Shown one piece after another: positions 10,050 to 19,381 of a stretch of DNA of 64,000 bases. This DNA is from Akkermansiaceae bacterium (lineage in GTDB: Bacteria > Verrucomicrobiota > Verrucomicrobiia > Verrucomicrobiales > Akkermansiaceae): NCBI GenBank assembly GCA_026421245.1, contig JAPKDJ010000006.1:12128-76127 (forward strand), read 5' to 3'. The translations under genes were made by a program, and so were the position numbers. Each line of letters starts with the position of its first letter. Positions within the stretch are counted from its first letter, which is position 1. The notes under the pieces are model-generated. The model worked only from the letters and a program-made list of their open reading frames with translations, searched no databases and was not told the DNA's origin.

Positions 10050-12245
10050 ATGCTTTCTTCCTGCGGACGCAATTCCCTGCCTTCACCCTTTTCAATGAGC
10101 CTCCCCATCGAATTTCGTTCCCAAGATCGTCTCCCCAAAGACGGCTGCCTGATTGTCCCCGGTCGCCTCGATGCGTCCCAAGCCAGCGAACTCGCTGCCA
10201 GCCTCCCCAACCGCCAAATCACCTGGCTGATGGAGGAATCGGCCTCTCTCCCTCCCGATCTTGAGTCTTACCTCCAGCTTAGCGGACGTGGCGGCGTTGC
10301 ATTTTCAAAGACCGACAAATCCCTCTCCGAAGTTGGCAAGAACCTGAGCGGAAAAATCGAGGGCAACGGCGTCCTCATCTTTGTTCCTGGGGTAACGGCC
10401 TGTCGGCCCGGCGTCCCTTGCCAGATTCCCTCGGACGTCCTGAAATCCCTCTGCGAACTCAGACTCCCCATTGTTCCTCTTGAGGTGAGCATTCCTGCCG
10501 AAGCAAGGCTTTCGGTCGAAAATTCTACGAAGCTTCCAGCGGCCACCATGACCTTTGGAAAGGCCATCCCGAAAGGGAACGCCTCCATCGCAAGATACCG
10601 TGAAGCACTTCTCGCGTGCTCCGAGGAGGCCTTTTCAAGCCGGACTTTTCTCGACGGATCCCTCGCTGAGGCCCTGCTCCAGGGCCTCAAACAGCACGCC
10701 TCCACCAAGAGCCTCTACGATGGCTCCGATGACTCTGAGCTCCCTTTCGAAAAGATTCTCGGGGCCGCAATTGCGCTCTCAAAGGAGATCAAAACTGCCA
10801 CCAAAAAGAAACGAGTCGGCATTATCCTCCCTCCTGGCAAAGGTGGCATGATCGCAAACATCGCCGTCCTCTTCGCCAACAAGATCCCGGTCAACCTAAA
10901 CTTCACTGCCTCCCACGAAGCCGTTCGCTCCTCGATCCGGCAAGCTGATCTGGACCGCTTCATCACCGCCGACCCCTTCGTCCGCAAAGTCCCCGACTTC
11001 CCGTGGCCCCCAAACCGCGAGCTCCTTTTCGTCGAGCGAATCCTGCCCCGGATCAAAAAGAAGATCATCAAGTGGGTCGTCCTTTCCAAGTTCCTCCCCG
11101 CTTCCGTCCTCGTGAAACTCCTTGGAATCGGAAAATCCAAAGGCGATGACGAGGCCTTGCTCCTCTTCACGTCCGGTTCCTCCGGACAGCCCAAAGGCGT
11201 CCCCCTCAGCCATCGAAACCTTCTTGCCAACGTTTGCCAGTTTGGCCGCCAGCTTGCTCTCCCAGACGACTCCAAGCTTCTCGGCTGCCTCCCCCTCTTC
11301 CACTCCTTCGGAAGCACTGTTACTCTTTGGTATCCCATTATCGAGGGCCTCGACCTGGTCACGTATCCGAGCCCGCTCGAAACAAAACGCCTCGCCGAAC
11401 TCATTCAACAGCACCAGGTCGCTCTACTCCTCGCCACTCCGACCTTTCTCCGTGGCTACATGCGCCGTATCGATCCAGAGCGACTCTCGTCCCTCCGCAT
11501 AGTCGTAACTGGAGCCGAAAAACTCCCTGACAGTCTCGCCCGTTCCTTCGAAGACAAATTTGGTATCCTGCCCATGGAAGGTTACGGCCTCACCGAGACC
11601 TCTCCCGCCGCAACCATCAACCTCCCGTTCGAAGATCCCGACAACGGTCTTCCCCTCATTCCCTCCCAGCGCTTCAGTTCCGTGGGACTTCCTCTCCCCG
11701 GTCTCGCCATCCGCATCACCAATCCAGCCACCGAGGAAAAAAACACCCTCGACCAGTCCGGCATCATCTGGATGAAGGGAGCTAATATTTTCAACGGCTA
11801 CCTCAACAAACCAGAACTCACCGCAGAGGTCATCGACGAAAATGGATGGTTCAAGTCAGGCGACGTCGGCCGGGTTGACGATGATGGCTTCCTCTACATC
11901 GAAGGCCGTATTTCCCGTTTCTCCAAGATCGCCGGTGAGATGGTGCCGCATGAAACAGTTGAAGCAGCCGTGAACAAAGCGCTTGGGCTCGACAACGAAA
12001 CAGAGCGCAAGATTGCCATCGTAGGCGTTCCCGATGCAAAAAAGGGCGAAGCCCTCGCGCTCATATCTACCATCGCCGGCCGCGCGCTGGAGCAGGAAAC
12101 CCTCGATATCCGTTACAAACTCATGGACGAAGGCATCCCCTCATTGTGGTGTCCAAAGAAGATCATTCCGGTGAAACACATCCCGGTTCTTGCTTCTGGA
12201 AAACTCGATATCAAAGGTTGTGAAGAGCTCATCAACGAGGCCTGA
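10050..12245 (+). CDS. Aas-like protein: N-terminal degenerate PlsC-type acyltransferase-like domain fused to an acyl-ACP/acyl-CoA synthetase (AMP-binding) domain
   Basis: AMP-binding motifs LFTSGSSGQPKGVPLSHRNLLAN, LPLFHSFG, GYGLTETSP and RFSKIAGEMV, colinear with E. coli Aas. In the N-terminal roughly 240 aa, LIVPGRLDASQ sits where Aas has ITPNHVSFID, and IFVPGV where Aas has IFPEGR. The start could instead be the ATG at 10095. Confidence 0.85.
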   Translation: MLSSCGRNSLPSPFSMSLPIEFRSQDRLPKDGCLIVPGRLDASQASELAASLPNRQITWLMEESASLPPDLESYLQLSGRGGVAFSKTDKSLSEVGKNLSGKIEGNGVLIFVPGVTACRPGVPCQIPSDVLKSLCELRLPIVPLEVSIPAEARLSVENSTKLPAATMTFGKAIPKGNASIARYREALLACSEEAFSSRTFLDGSLAEALLQGLKQHASTKSLYDGSDDSELPFEKILGAAIALSKEIKTATKKKRVGIILPPGKGGMIANIAVLFANKIPVNLNFTASHEAVRSSIRQADLDRFITADPFVRKVPDFPWPPNRELLFVERILPRIKKKIIKWVVLSKFLPASVLVKLLGIGKSKGDDEALLLFTSGSSGQPKGVPLSHRNLLANVCQFGRQLALPDDSKLLGCLPLFHSFGSTVTLWYPIIEGLDLVTYPSPLETKRLAELIQQHQVALLLATPTFLRGYMRRIDPERLSSLRIVVTGAEKLPDSLARSFEDKFGILPMEGYGLTETSPAATINLPFEDPDNGLPLIPSQRFSSVGLPLPGLAIRITNPATEEKNTLDQSGIIWMKGANIFNGYLNKPELTAEVIDENGWFKSGDVGRVDDDGFLYIEGRISRFSKIAGEMVPHETVEAAVNKALGLDNETERKIAIVGVPDAKKGEALALISTIAGRALEQETLDIRYKLMDEGIPSLWCPKKIIPVKHIPVLASGKLDIKGCEELINEA

Positions 12246-13131
12246 TCTCATCCGCTTCGACCGCTTCATGGCCGGTGCACTCTACGGGTCAAAGGGTTAC
12301 TATACCACCCGCCGCCCCATTCTCGGTGCCCGGGGCGACTTCACGACAACTCCAAAACTCACCAATCTCCTCGCCCAACGAATCTCTATTTGGATTCAAA
12401 AAGCCTGGGAGCGAAATGGCATCCTCCCCGTGATCGAACTTGGTCCCGGAGACGGTACTCTCGCCAAGGACATTCGCGCAAGTTTGGGATTCTTCGCCCG
12501 TCGAAAACTGAACTATCACTTTGTGGAGATCTCCCACCACCTCGCCGCGCGCCAGCAGGAGAAAAACTCCGGCCACTGGCACGCCACACTCAAGGAAGCC
12601 CTCTCCAAAACCGACGGAAAAGCCTTAATCATTTCCAACGAATTCTTCGACGCCTTTCCCGTTCGGATCTTCAATTCGAACCTCGAAGAACTCTTCCTCA
12701 CCCCCCAAAACCACGAAGTCTGGCAACCCGCTTCTGACCTCCCGGACTCCACCCTCTTCAAGAATCCCCCGCTCCGCTTCGAGGCCGGCGAGTCAATTCA
12801 TCAATGGTTCCTCACCGATCTCTCCCCGCTCAAAAAGGGCGAAATCCTCACCATCGATTACGGTGGGAACCAGGATGAAGTTTACCACCGCCGACCTCTC
12901 GGTTCTCTCCGCGCCTACGCCCACCACATGCGCCTCTTGCCGCCCGAAGCTTATCAAAACGCGGGCAGCCAGGATCTCACCTTCGACGTTTCATTCCCAG
13001 ACCTCGTCCACTGGGGGACCCAGATTGGTTTGGAAGAAGTTAGCCTGACCACTCAGGCCGATTTCCTTGGCACCAACGACCGGAAAGGAGCCGGAGGAGC
13101 CTTCAAAGTTCTCCACCAAAAAAGGATCTAG
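12190..13131 (+). CDS. MidA/NDUFAF7-like class I SAM-dependent methyltransferase (DUF185)
   Basis: IRFDRFMAGALYGSKGYYTT...GDFTTTPKL...VIELGPGDGTLAKDI. The start is uncertain: TTG 12190, GTG 12220 or ATG 12268. The conserved N-terminal motif begins before 12268, so an overlap with the upstream gene end (12245) is likely. Confidence 0.8.
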   Translation: MLLENSISKVVKSSSTRPDLIRFDRFMAGALYGSKGYYTTRRPILGARGDFTTTPKLTNLLAQRISIWIQKAWERNGILPVIELGPGDGTLAKDIRASLGFFARRKLNYHFVEISHHLAARQQEKNSGHWHATLKEALSKTDGKALIISNEFFDAFPVRIFNSNLEELFLTPQNHEVWQPASDLPDSTLFKNPPLRFEAGESIHQWFLTDLSPLKKGEILTIDYGGNQDEVYHRRPLGSLRAYAHHMRLLPPEAYQNAGSQDLTFDVSFPDLVHWGTQIGLEEVSLTTQADFLGTNDRKGAGGAFKVLHQKRI

Positions 13132-13727
13132 AGTTCCTTGATAGTGATCTTCCGGTAACTCGCCTCAAAGGGAGGGCCGCTGTGAGCTTGCAGGGCGATC
13201 AAACCCTTCAAAGGAATCGAGTCATCCTTCTCAGTATAATCGCAGGTTAATATTCCGTTAATCCAAATCCGAATTCGCTTTCCCTCACAACGAACCTTGT
13301 AGTCGTTCCACCCTTCCTTGGCCGCAGTCGCAGCCTCTTTCGACACCCAATTCCCCATCACTTTACGCCGGCGGGATTCGTCGTAAAGTTTCCCCCACCA
13401 ACCCGGCCCCACGTCCGCCTGATATCCAATCATCTCATGATGATCCTTAATCCGCTCACTGCGAATTTGAATTCCCGCATTTGGTTTTTGCCCCTCCACC
13501 TTCACCTGAAGAGTCAGTTCAAAGTTCCCATATTTTTTGGCAGAAGTAATAAAGGTATTATGCGCGATCTTTTCCTTCATCGACCCTCCCACGATAGCGC
13601 CATCTTTCACGATCCAATATTTCTCCTCTCCCTTCCTCACACTCCAGCCATCGAGTGACTTCCCATCAAAAAGCGACTGGCCAAAAACCCCGGACGAAAA
13701 CACAAACAGGAGAGCGAAAATTCTCAT
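13128..13727 (-). CDS. DUF1080 (3-keto-disaccharide hydrolase-like) exported protein
   Basis: Signal peptide MRIFALLFVFSSGVFG, then LFDGKSLDGWS...W.VKDGAIVG...NFELTLQVKV...GYQADV...WNDYKVRCEGKRIRIWINGI...IALQAH. Start set at the internal ATG at 13727. Confidence 0.85.
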   Translation of the reverse strand: MRIFALLFVFSSGVFGQSLFDGKSLDGWSVRKGEEKYWIVKDGAIVGGSMKEKIAHNTFITSAKKYGNFELTLQVKVEGQKPNAGIQIRSERIKDHHEMIGYQADVGPGWWGKLYDESRRRKVMGNWVSKEAATAAKEGWNDYKVRCEGKRIRIWINGILTCDYTEKDDSIPLKGLIALQAHSGPPFEASYRKITIKEL

Positions 13728-13831
13728 TCGCGGTTTATCACCCACGCCGGATCTCAGGTCCATCCCCAAGCTCGGCTAAAATCGACATTTTTTCGTTAGG
13801 AATCCTCCTTTTATCGAGTATTTGTCGATGT

Positions 13832-16153
13832 ATGAAGCATTACGCAATTGGAACTTTCCTTGGACTGATCGGCCTTACCTCTGCTCTGGCTCAAAATGGT
13901 GACCGCAAGGGGCACGACAAGATGGGGAAGATCGTGCCTGAAAAACTCATCCCGCCCGCTCCTGTTCGCACCGTCGACGAGGCGCTGAAAGCCTTCACAA
14001 TTGAAAAAGGCTACATCATCGAACCCGTTGCTGCGGAGCCACTTGTCGAAAAACCCGTCGCCCTCGCCTTCGATGCCAAAGGCCGCATGTGGGTCTGTGA
14101 AATGCGTGGCTACATGCCCGACATCGATGGGAAACTAGAAAACAAGCCCACCGGCCGTATCGCTATCCTTGAAGACACAAACGGTGACGGCAAAGCAGAC
14201 AAACGCACCACTTTCCTCGAAAATATCGTCCTCCCCCGCTCCATCGCCATCGTTCCCGGCGGCATCCTCTATGGAGACCAGCAGAATCTTTACTTCGTAG
14301 AAAGTGATGGCGACAAACCTAAAGGAAAGTCCGTCATTGTTGACAAAAGCTACGCTACCGGAGGAAACGTTGAGCACAAGACCAACGGAATGATGGTCGG
14401 CATCGACAACTGGATGTACAACGCCAAGTCCAACGCCCGCTTCAAATTCGTCCCCGACGAAAACAAGGTCATCAAGGAAGGCACCACCACCCGTGGTCAG
14501 TGGGGAATCACCCGCGACAACTTCGGTCGCATCTTCCACAACTCCAACAGTACCCTTCTTGTGGGTGACCGCGTACTTCCAAACCTTCTTCTCGGCAACA
14601 AGTCGGTCAAAATGAAGAGCAACATTTCCGCTCGTGTTGGAAGTAATGCTGTCTTTCCGGGCAGAGTCAGCCCCGGACTGAACCGCGCCTACATTTCCTC
14701 CCACAATGGCTACAATTCAAATACCATCGACCCGAGGACCTTCAAGCTGACCAATGCGACCGGCGCATGCGGACCTGTCATCTATCGCGGCAACAACCTT
14801 CCTTCCGAAGTGAACGGCCATGCTTTCGTCTGCGAATCATCCGCCCAGCTTGTTAAAATGATCGCTGTCGATGCCAAAGACGGCAACCTGCAGGGCTCAC
14901 ATCCCCTCCCAAAACGCGATTTTCTCACTTCCGTCGATGAGCGCTTCCGCCCCGTAAATATGTACAATGCGCCGGACGGCTCCCTCTACCTGCTCGATAT
15001 GTATCACGGCATCATCCAGCACAAAACCTACATGACCTCCTACCTTCGCGAGCAAACCCTCAGCCGTGGACTTGAAGGACCCGGTTATGGTCACGGCCGC
15101 ATTTACCGGATTCGTGCTGTCGGCAAGCCTCTCGCCAAGGTTGAAGATCTCACCAAGGTCGACACCAAGACTCTCATCGGGAAACTCAGCAGCCCAATCG
15201 GGGCCGTTCGTGATCTTGCTCAGAAGGAACTCATCGACCGCAAAGCCGATCCTGCTCCCGTTGCTGATGCCCTCTACAAAAGCACTGCCAACCCACTCAC
15301 CGCAATCCACCTTATCTGGACCCTTGAAGGACTGGGCGCTCTCAGCGCAGACCACCTCAAAGTGGCTCTTAAGTCTAAGAACGAAGAAATCATCGCGTCA
15401 GCCCTTTACGCCGGACTCTCTCTCGAGGACTCCGAGCTCACCAAGCTCACTTCAACCATTGTGGGAATCGCGCAAACGACCATGACCCTACCCTATCAGG
15501 CTAGGGCCCTTGCCACCATCCACAGCCCCGCAGCTCAGGAGGCCTTGGTCCAACTCCTCAAAGACCACCACCAAACATCACTTGTCAAAGAATCCGCCAT
15601 CGCCGGCCTTGGTGGAAACGCCAAGCTCTTCGACAAGGTCAATAAAGGCCGCTTCAGCGAAAAGACCTTCGATAAGTGGCTCGCCGAATCCAAACTTGGC
15701 CCTCAAAAAGAATTCGATCCATCCACCCTTCTGAAAGGAGATTACCTGGTCTCCTTCAAACGCGGCGAGAAGCTCTACAGCACTATCGCAGCGTGTATCG
15801 GCTGCCACGGTGAAGATGGAGCCGGACTCGAAAACCTCGGCCCGCAGCTTGACCATTCAGACTGGGTCACCGGCGACGAAAGCCGCTTGGTCAAGATCCT
15901 CCTTCACGGCCTCACTGGTCCCATCATGATCAACGGAAAAAAGCACACTCCTCAGGCGTTCATGCCCGGTTTGGAAGTAAATCCATCGATTAAGGACCAA
16001 GACATCGCCGATCTCGCGACCTTCATTCGTGCCAATTGGACCAACCGCTCGCCTCAAGTCACCAAAGCCGCAGTCGTCAAGGTTCGCAAGGACACCAGCA
16101 ACCGCTCCTCCGGCCAGATGTATACCCAGCAGGACTTCCCTGTTAAGAACTAG
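13832..16153 (+). CDS. PVC-type heme-binding CxxCH protein (membrane-bound dehydrogenase-like beta-propeller + HEAT-like repeats + C-terminal cytochrome c)
   Basis: Signal peptide MKHYAIGTFLGLIGLTSALA; dehydrogenase-domain motifs FDAKGRMWVCEMRGYMPD and GRIAILEDTNGDGKAD; C-terminal heme site CIGCHGEDG. Start set at the ATG at 13832, because the listed 13655 start overlaps the divergent gene. Confidence 0.85.
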   Translation: MKHYAIGTFLGLIGLTSALAQNGDRKGHDKMGKIVPEKLIPPAPVRTVDEALKAFTIEKGYIIEPVAAEPLVEKPVALAFDAKGRMWVCEMRGYMPDIDGKLENKPTGRIAILEDTNGDGKADKRTTFLENIVLPRSIAIVPGGILYGDQQNLYFVESDGDKPKGKSVIVDKSYATGGNVEHKTNGMMVGIDNWMYNAKSNARFKFVPDENKVIKEGTTTRGQWGITRDNFGRIFHNSNSTLLVGDRVLPNLLLGNKSVKMKSNISARVGSNAVFPGRVSPGLNRAYISSHNGYNSNTIDPRTFKLTNATGACGPVIYRGNNLPSEVNGHAFVCESSAQLVKMIAVDAKDGNLQGSHPLPKRDFLTSVDERFRPVNMYNAPDGSLYLLDMYHGIIQHKTYMTSYLREQTLSRGLEGPGYGHGRIYRIRAVGKPLAKVEDLTKVDTKTLIGKLSSPIGAVRDLAQKELIDRKADPAPVADALYKSTANPLTAIHLIWTLEGLGALSADHLKVALKSKNEEIIASALYAGLSLEDSELTKLTSTIVGIAQTTMTLPYQARALATIHSPAAQEALVQLLKDHHQTSLVKESAIAGLGGNAKLFDKVNKGRFSEKTFDKWLAESKLGPQKEFDPSTLLKGDYLVSFKRGEKLYSTIAACIGCHGEDGAGLENLGPQLDHSDWVTGDESRLVKILLHGLTGPIMINGKKHTPQAFMPGLEVNPSIKDQDIADLATFIRANWTNRSPQVTKAAVVKVRKDTSNRSSGQMYTQQDFPVKN

Positions 16154-16191
16154 CTTCAGGAAATCATCTTCCGGTTTCCGAACCAATTCAC

Positions 16192-16225
16192 AAAGCGCCT
16201 CCGCACCTCGCGACGGCGCTTTTTC
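16192..16225 (+). terminator. Rho-independent terminator between convergent genes
   Basis: AAAGCGCC-N15-GGCGCTTT followed by TTTTC, lying 39 nt after the stop at 16153 and touching the stop codon of the convergent minus-strand gene. Confidence 0.6.
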
Positions 16226-17339
16226 ACAGCTTCAAGAAGCCCCGGCTCAATTCAAATACCTCCGCTGAACAACCGAGCGCCGCTTTCAGCTTCACATCAC
16301 GATCCCACGAGTTTTTGGTCCGGACAATATTCCACATTTGCCTGCAAGTGAGACGCAGTGGAAACTGTAAAGCCGTCACCATAAGCGTATTCGTCAACGG
16401 ATAATCGGTACCATACATCAACCGCCCCGTGAGCCGCTCGTCATTGAGAACCTGCGGGAAATATTTGCAGCGATTCGCCTGGGTGAGTGTCGAAAGATCC
16501 GCAAAGAGGTTCGGAAACTCCGGCATCATTTCGAGGAGTCTCTCAATATTCTCCACTCCTTCCCGCTCTCCCGAACTGGCCACGTGAGCGGCGATGATCC
16601 GGACCCCGCATTCAAGAGCGAGCTTAAGTAACTTTGGATCACCAAGCGCATTGTCGGTTTTCGAAAAGGAATCCTCATCTCCTACGTGAGTCAGCAAGGG
16701 AAGATCCAGCTCCACCATCTTCAAATAGTAACCTCGATATCGTTCATCCGAGGGATCAATCCCCTGAATATTGGGCAGCCACTTCACAAAGACGGCTCCG
16801 TTTTTCTTGGACCATTCCAACTCTTCGAGGGCGTCTTTCCGATTGGGGTGCACACTCGCGCCAAAGTGAAGACCTTTGCGAGACTTCACTTCCTCCCCCA
16901 CAAACCGATTTGGCACGAACACTTCGATCGCTTTTTCATCAAGCTCACCGGCTGTATCATAAGGCGCATCCATCGCCAAAATTACGACATCATCAACAAA
17001 CTCCGACTCATTGATCGAACGCACAATCACATCCATCACGATTCCATCCCCCTTCTCTTCAACCTCCGCCTTGCTTGTCCCAAAGATTTTCAGATACAGA
17101 CCAAACTTCCAACTGTTTCGAAGGCTCTCTGAAACTCTCGCCCCACTTCCTCCCGCTCCAAATCCAGCAGTGTGGCAGTGCATGTCCACTAAATTTCGTG
17201 GCGGGAGGGAAGTAACCGGAGCCATCGGCCCCTTAAAAAAAATTACCCGTATGGCCATCAGGATAATGATGACTCCAAAAAAAGCACTCAAACCAAACAC
17301 CCTCCCACTCTTCATGAAATTGTTCCAATGCCAAGACAT
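16224..17339 (-). CDS. Amidohydrolase-superfamily metal-dependent hydrolase with N-terminal TM/signal anchor
   Basis: HxH metal motif in LVDMHCHTAGFG and a TIM-barrel hydrolase-like length. The listed TTG start at 17357 sits inside the T-tract of the frr terminator, so I prefer ATG 17339 (or 17315). Confidence 0.7.
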   Translation of the reverse strand: MSWHWNNFMKSGRVFGLSAFFGVIIILMAIRVIFFKGPMAPVTSLPPRNLVDMHCHTAGFGAGGSGARVSESLRNSWKFGLYLKIFGTSKAEVEEKGDGIVMDVIVRSINESEFVDDVVILAMDAPYDTAGELDEKAIEVFVPNRFVGEEVKSRKGLHFGASVHPNRKDALEELEWSKKNGAVFVKWLPNIQGIDPSDERYRGYYLKMVELDLPLLTHVGDEDSFSKTDNALGDPKLLKLALECGVRIIAAHVASSGEREGVENIERLLEMMPEFPNLFADLSTLTQANRCKYFPQVLNDERLTGRLMYGTDYPLTNTLMVTALQFPLRLTCRQMWNIVRTKNSWDRDVKLKAALGCSAEVFELSRGFLKL

Positions 17340-17355
17340 CCGGACGGGAGAGCTC

Positions 17356-17391
17356 AAAAAAAACCGCAGAAGGCACTCGGGCCTTCTGCGG
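17356..17391 (-). terminator. Rho-independent terminator downstream of frr
   Basis: On the minus strand: CCGCAGAAGGC-CCGAGT-GCCTTCTGCGG (perfect 11-bp stem) followed by TTTTTTTT. Confidence 0.8.
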
Positions 17392-17415
17392 AGAAAAGTT
17401 GATTTTTAAAAAAAA

Positions 17416-17982
17416 CTAAACGGTCATCACTTCCTTCTCTTTGGCCTCGGTCAGCGAATCAATCTCACTCACATTTTTGTTGGTGAGATCTTGAACGCCG
17501 GACTCGTAATCCCGCTGACCATCCTCGCTCAGGGCGTTGTCAGATTTCATTTTCTTACCGAGATCCATCCCTTCTTTCCGGGCACCGCGAATTCGCACCC
17601 GACCCTCTTCGGCCATCGATTTCACTGACTTCACTAGCTCAACTCGACGCTCCTCGGAAAGCTCTGGGATAGGGAGGCGAATACGCTGACCTTCGTTCAC
17701 AGGATTCAACCCCAGCTTGCTTTCGCGAATGGCTTTTTCGATATCTCCTGAAGTTGAAGGATCGAACGGCTGCACGACCAACATCCGTGGCTCGGGCGCG
17801 GTGATCACGGCGAGGCCGTTGAGCTTCATCACGCTGCCATAAGCCGCGACTGACACGTCAAGATTTTCGACCAGCGCAGGCGAAGCCTTGCCTGTGCGAA
17901 TGGAGGTGAACTCCGATTTGGTGTGATCGACGGCATTTTTCATGGCCTCTTCGACCTGTTTGAGTGCTTCCGGTGCTTCCAT
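17416..17982 (-). CDS. frr: Ribosome recycling factor
   Basis: Full-length match to the RRF pattern: HTKSEFTSIRTGKASPALVENLDVSVAAYGS...ITAPEPRMLVVQPFD...IRESKLGLNP...IRLPIPELSEERR. The pyrH-frr order is conserved. Confidence 0.95.
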   Translation of the reverse strand: MEAPEALKQVEEAMKNAVDHTKSEFTSIRTGKASPALVENLDVSVAAYGSVMKLNGLAVITAPEPRMLVVQPFDPSTSGDIEKAIRESKLGLNPVNEGQRIRLPIPELSEERRVELVKSVKSMAEEGRVRIRGARKEGMDLGKKMKSDNALSEDGQRDYESGVQDLTNKNVSEIDSLTEAKEKEVMTV

Positions 17983-18001
17983 GGATTAGGGTGGTAGATG
18001 G

Positions 18002-18733
18002 TTAATGAACAATTGTGCCGATGTCCTGGCGGTTGAGAGCGAGCTGGATATTTCCTTCCTTCTCGAGATCAAAGATGATGATGGGGATGTCATTGTCCAT
18101 GCAAAGACTAAATGCCGTGGAATCCATCACGCCAAGTTCCTGACTGATGCATTCGCGGAAGGAGACGGTTTCGTAGCGAACGGCGTCAGGATTCTTTTTC
18201 GGGTCCGAATCATAAACACCGTCGACCATGGTGGCCTTAAAGATAACGTCGGCATTCATCTCATTGGCCCGCAATGCCGCCGTGGTGTCGGTCGAGAAAA
18301 ACGGGCTCCCTGTTCCTGCTGCAAAAATCACGATCGCTCCACGCGACATTTGGCGGGACGCCTTCCGACGAATAAATGGCTCGGCAACGTTCTGCATGTG
18401 GATGGCGGAATGAACGATACACTCCTCCCCCTCCTGTTCGAGTGCGGCCTGCAGAGCGAGCGCATTCATCACCGTCGCCAACATCCCAACGTAGTCCGCG
18501 GTGGCGCGATCCATCCCCCGGGCGCTCGCCGAAGCACCACGCCAAAAATTTCCACCTCCCACCACAATCGCGAGTTCGACATCCGAACACTCCCGCGCCT
18601 CATGGATTTCACGAGCAATACGCTCGACAATCTCGGGTGAAATATTGTCATGACTCCCAGAGGCCCGGAGGGCTTCACCACTGAGTTTCAAGACGATTCT
18701 TTTAAAGTTTCGGATCGCTGCAAGGTCGCTCAT
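18002..18733 (-). CDS. pyrH: UMP kinase
   Basis: FKRIVLKLSGEAL...VVGGGNFWRG...ADYVGMLATVMNALAL...GTGSPFFSTDTTAALRA. Confidence 0.95.
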   Translation of the reverse strand: MSDLAAIRNFKRIVLKLSGEALRASGSHDNISPEIVERIAREIHEARECSDVELAIVVGGGNFWRGASASARGMDRATADYVGMLATVMNALALQAALEQEGEECIVHSAIHMQNVAEPFIRRKASRQMSRGAIVIFAAGTGSPFFSTDTTAALRANEMNADVIFKATMVDGVYDSDPKKNPDAVRYETVSFRECISQELGVMDSTAFSLCMDNDIPIIIFDLEKEGNIQLALNRQDIGTIVH

Positions 18734-18813
18734 CTGCTACAACGGATCTTGGCAGGACGAGCCATCGCCGGAAAGAGGAAAAGCCTCCCCTTGGCGAAAT
18801 TCCATCGAGTCAG

Positions 18814-19344
18814 TCAGTCCTTGATCACAAACTTCGAAGAAAGATTCTTCAAGCTGGCATTTTTCGCAGTCGTCCCCGCAATCACGACTCGAACTTTCAT
18901 GGGATCATTCTCAGTATGATGATACTCGGAAAGTGTGTGTTTCAATGCGGCGATCGACAGTTCAAGAACGGTTCGAATTGGCAATTCAACATGCTCATGG
19001 GCATCCATCTTCGTAAGATCAAAGGTCACAATAATGATCTCTTCATCAAGGCTCGCATAAAGATCAATCCCATAAAGAACGAGAAGATTGCTCTCTTTCA
19101 CAGCGTAGTTGTCAACCGGAGGCATCTGATGCGGCATGGCGACTGCTGCGACCAAATTCTCAGGCATCGCCCCACCAAGCACCATGGGGGAGGAAAAAAT
19201 CCGAGCCTGAATGTATTCCCCCTGAAATTCATGATCCATGTCAGTGCCATGGAGGGAAATAGGCTGATAGACCTGCAGAACCTCCAACGTGGTCGCTGAA
19301 GCCAGCCCCACCAACAAAAGAGAAAAAACAAAAAATGTTCGCAT
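18814..19344 (-). CDS. Hypothetical exported protein
   Basis: A 176-aa ORF with a signal peptide (MRTFFVFSLLLVGLASA), packed between fmt and pyrH on the same strand. No family recognised. Confidence 0.6.
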   Translation of the reverse strand: MRTFFVFSLLLVGLASATTLEVLQVYQPISLHGTDMDHEFQGEYIQARIFSSPMVLGGAMPENLVAAVAMPHQMPPVDNYAVKESNLLVLYGIDLYASLDEEIIIVTFDLTKMDAHEHVELPIRTVLELSIAALKHTLSEYHHTENDPMKVRVVIAGTTAKNASLKNLSSKFVIKD

Positions 19345-19381
19345 GAGCGAAACACTAAGACCTCTTAAATAAAAAAGCGAG

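Noticed and set aside
18970-18979. GGTTCGAAT, a tRNA T-loop-like string.
   Set aside because: It lies inside the 18814-19344 CDS with no flanking acceptor or T-stem complementarity. No tRNA cloverleaf can be drawn.
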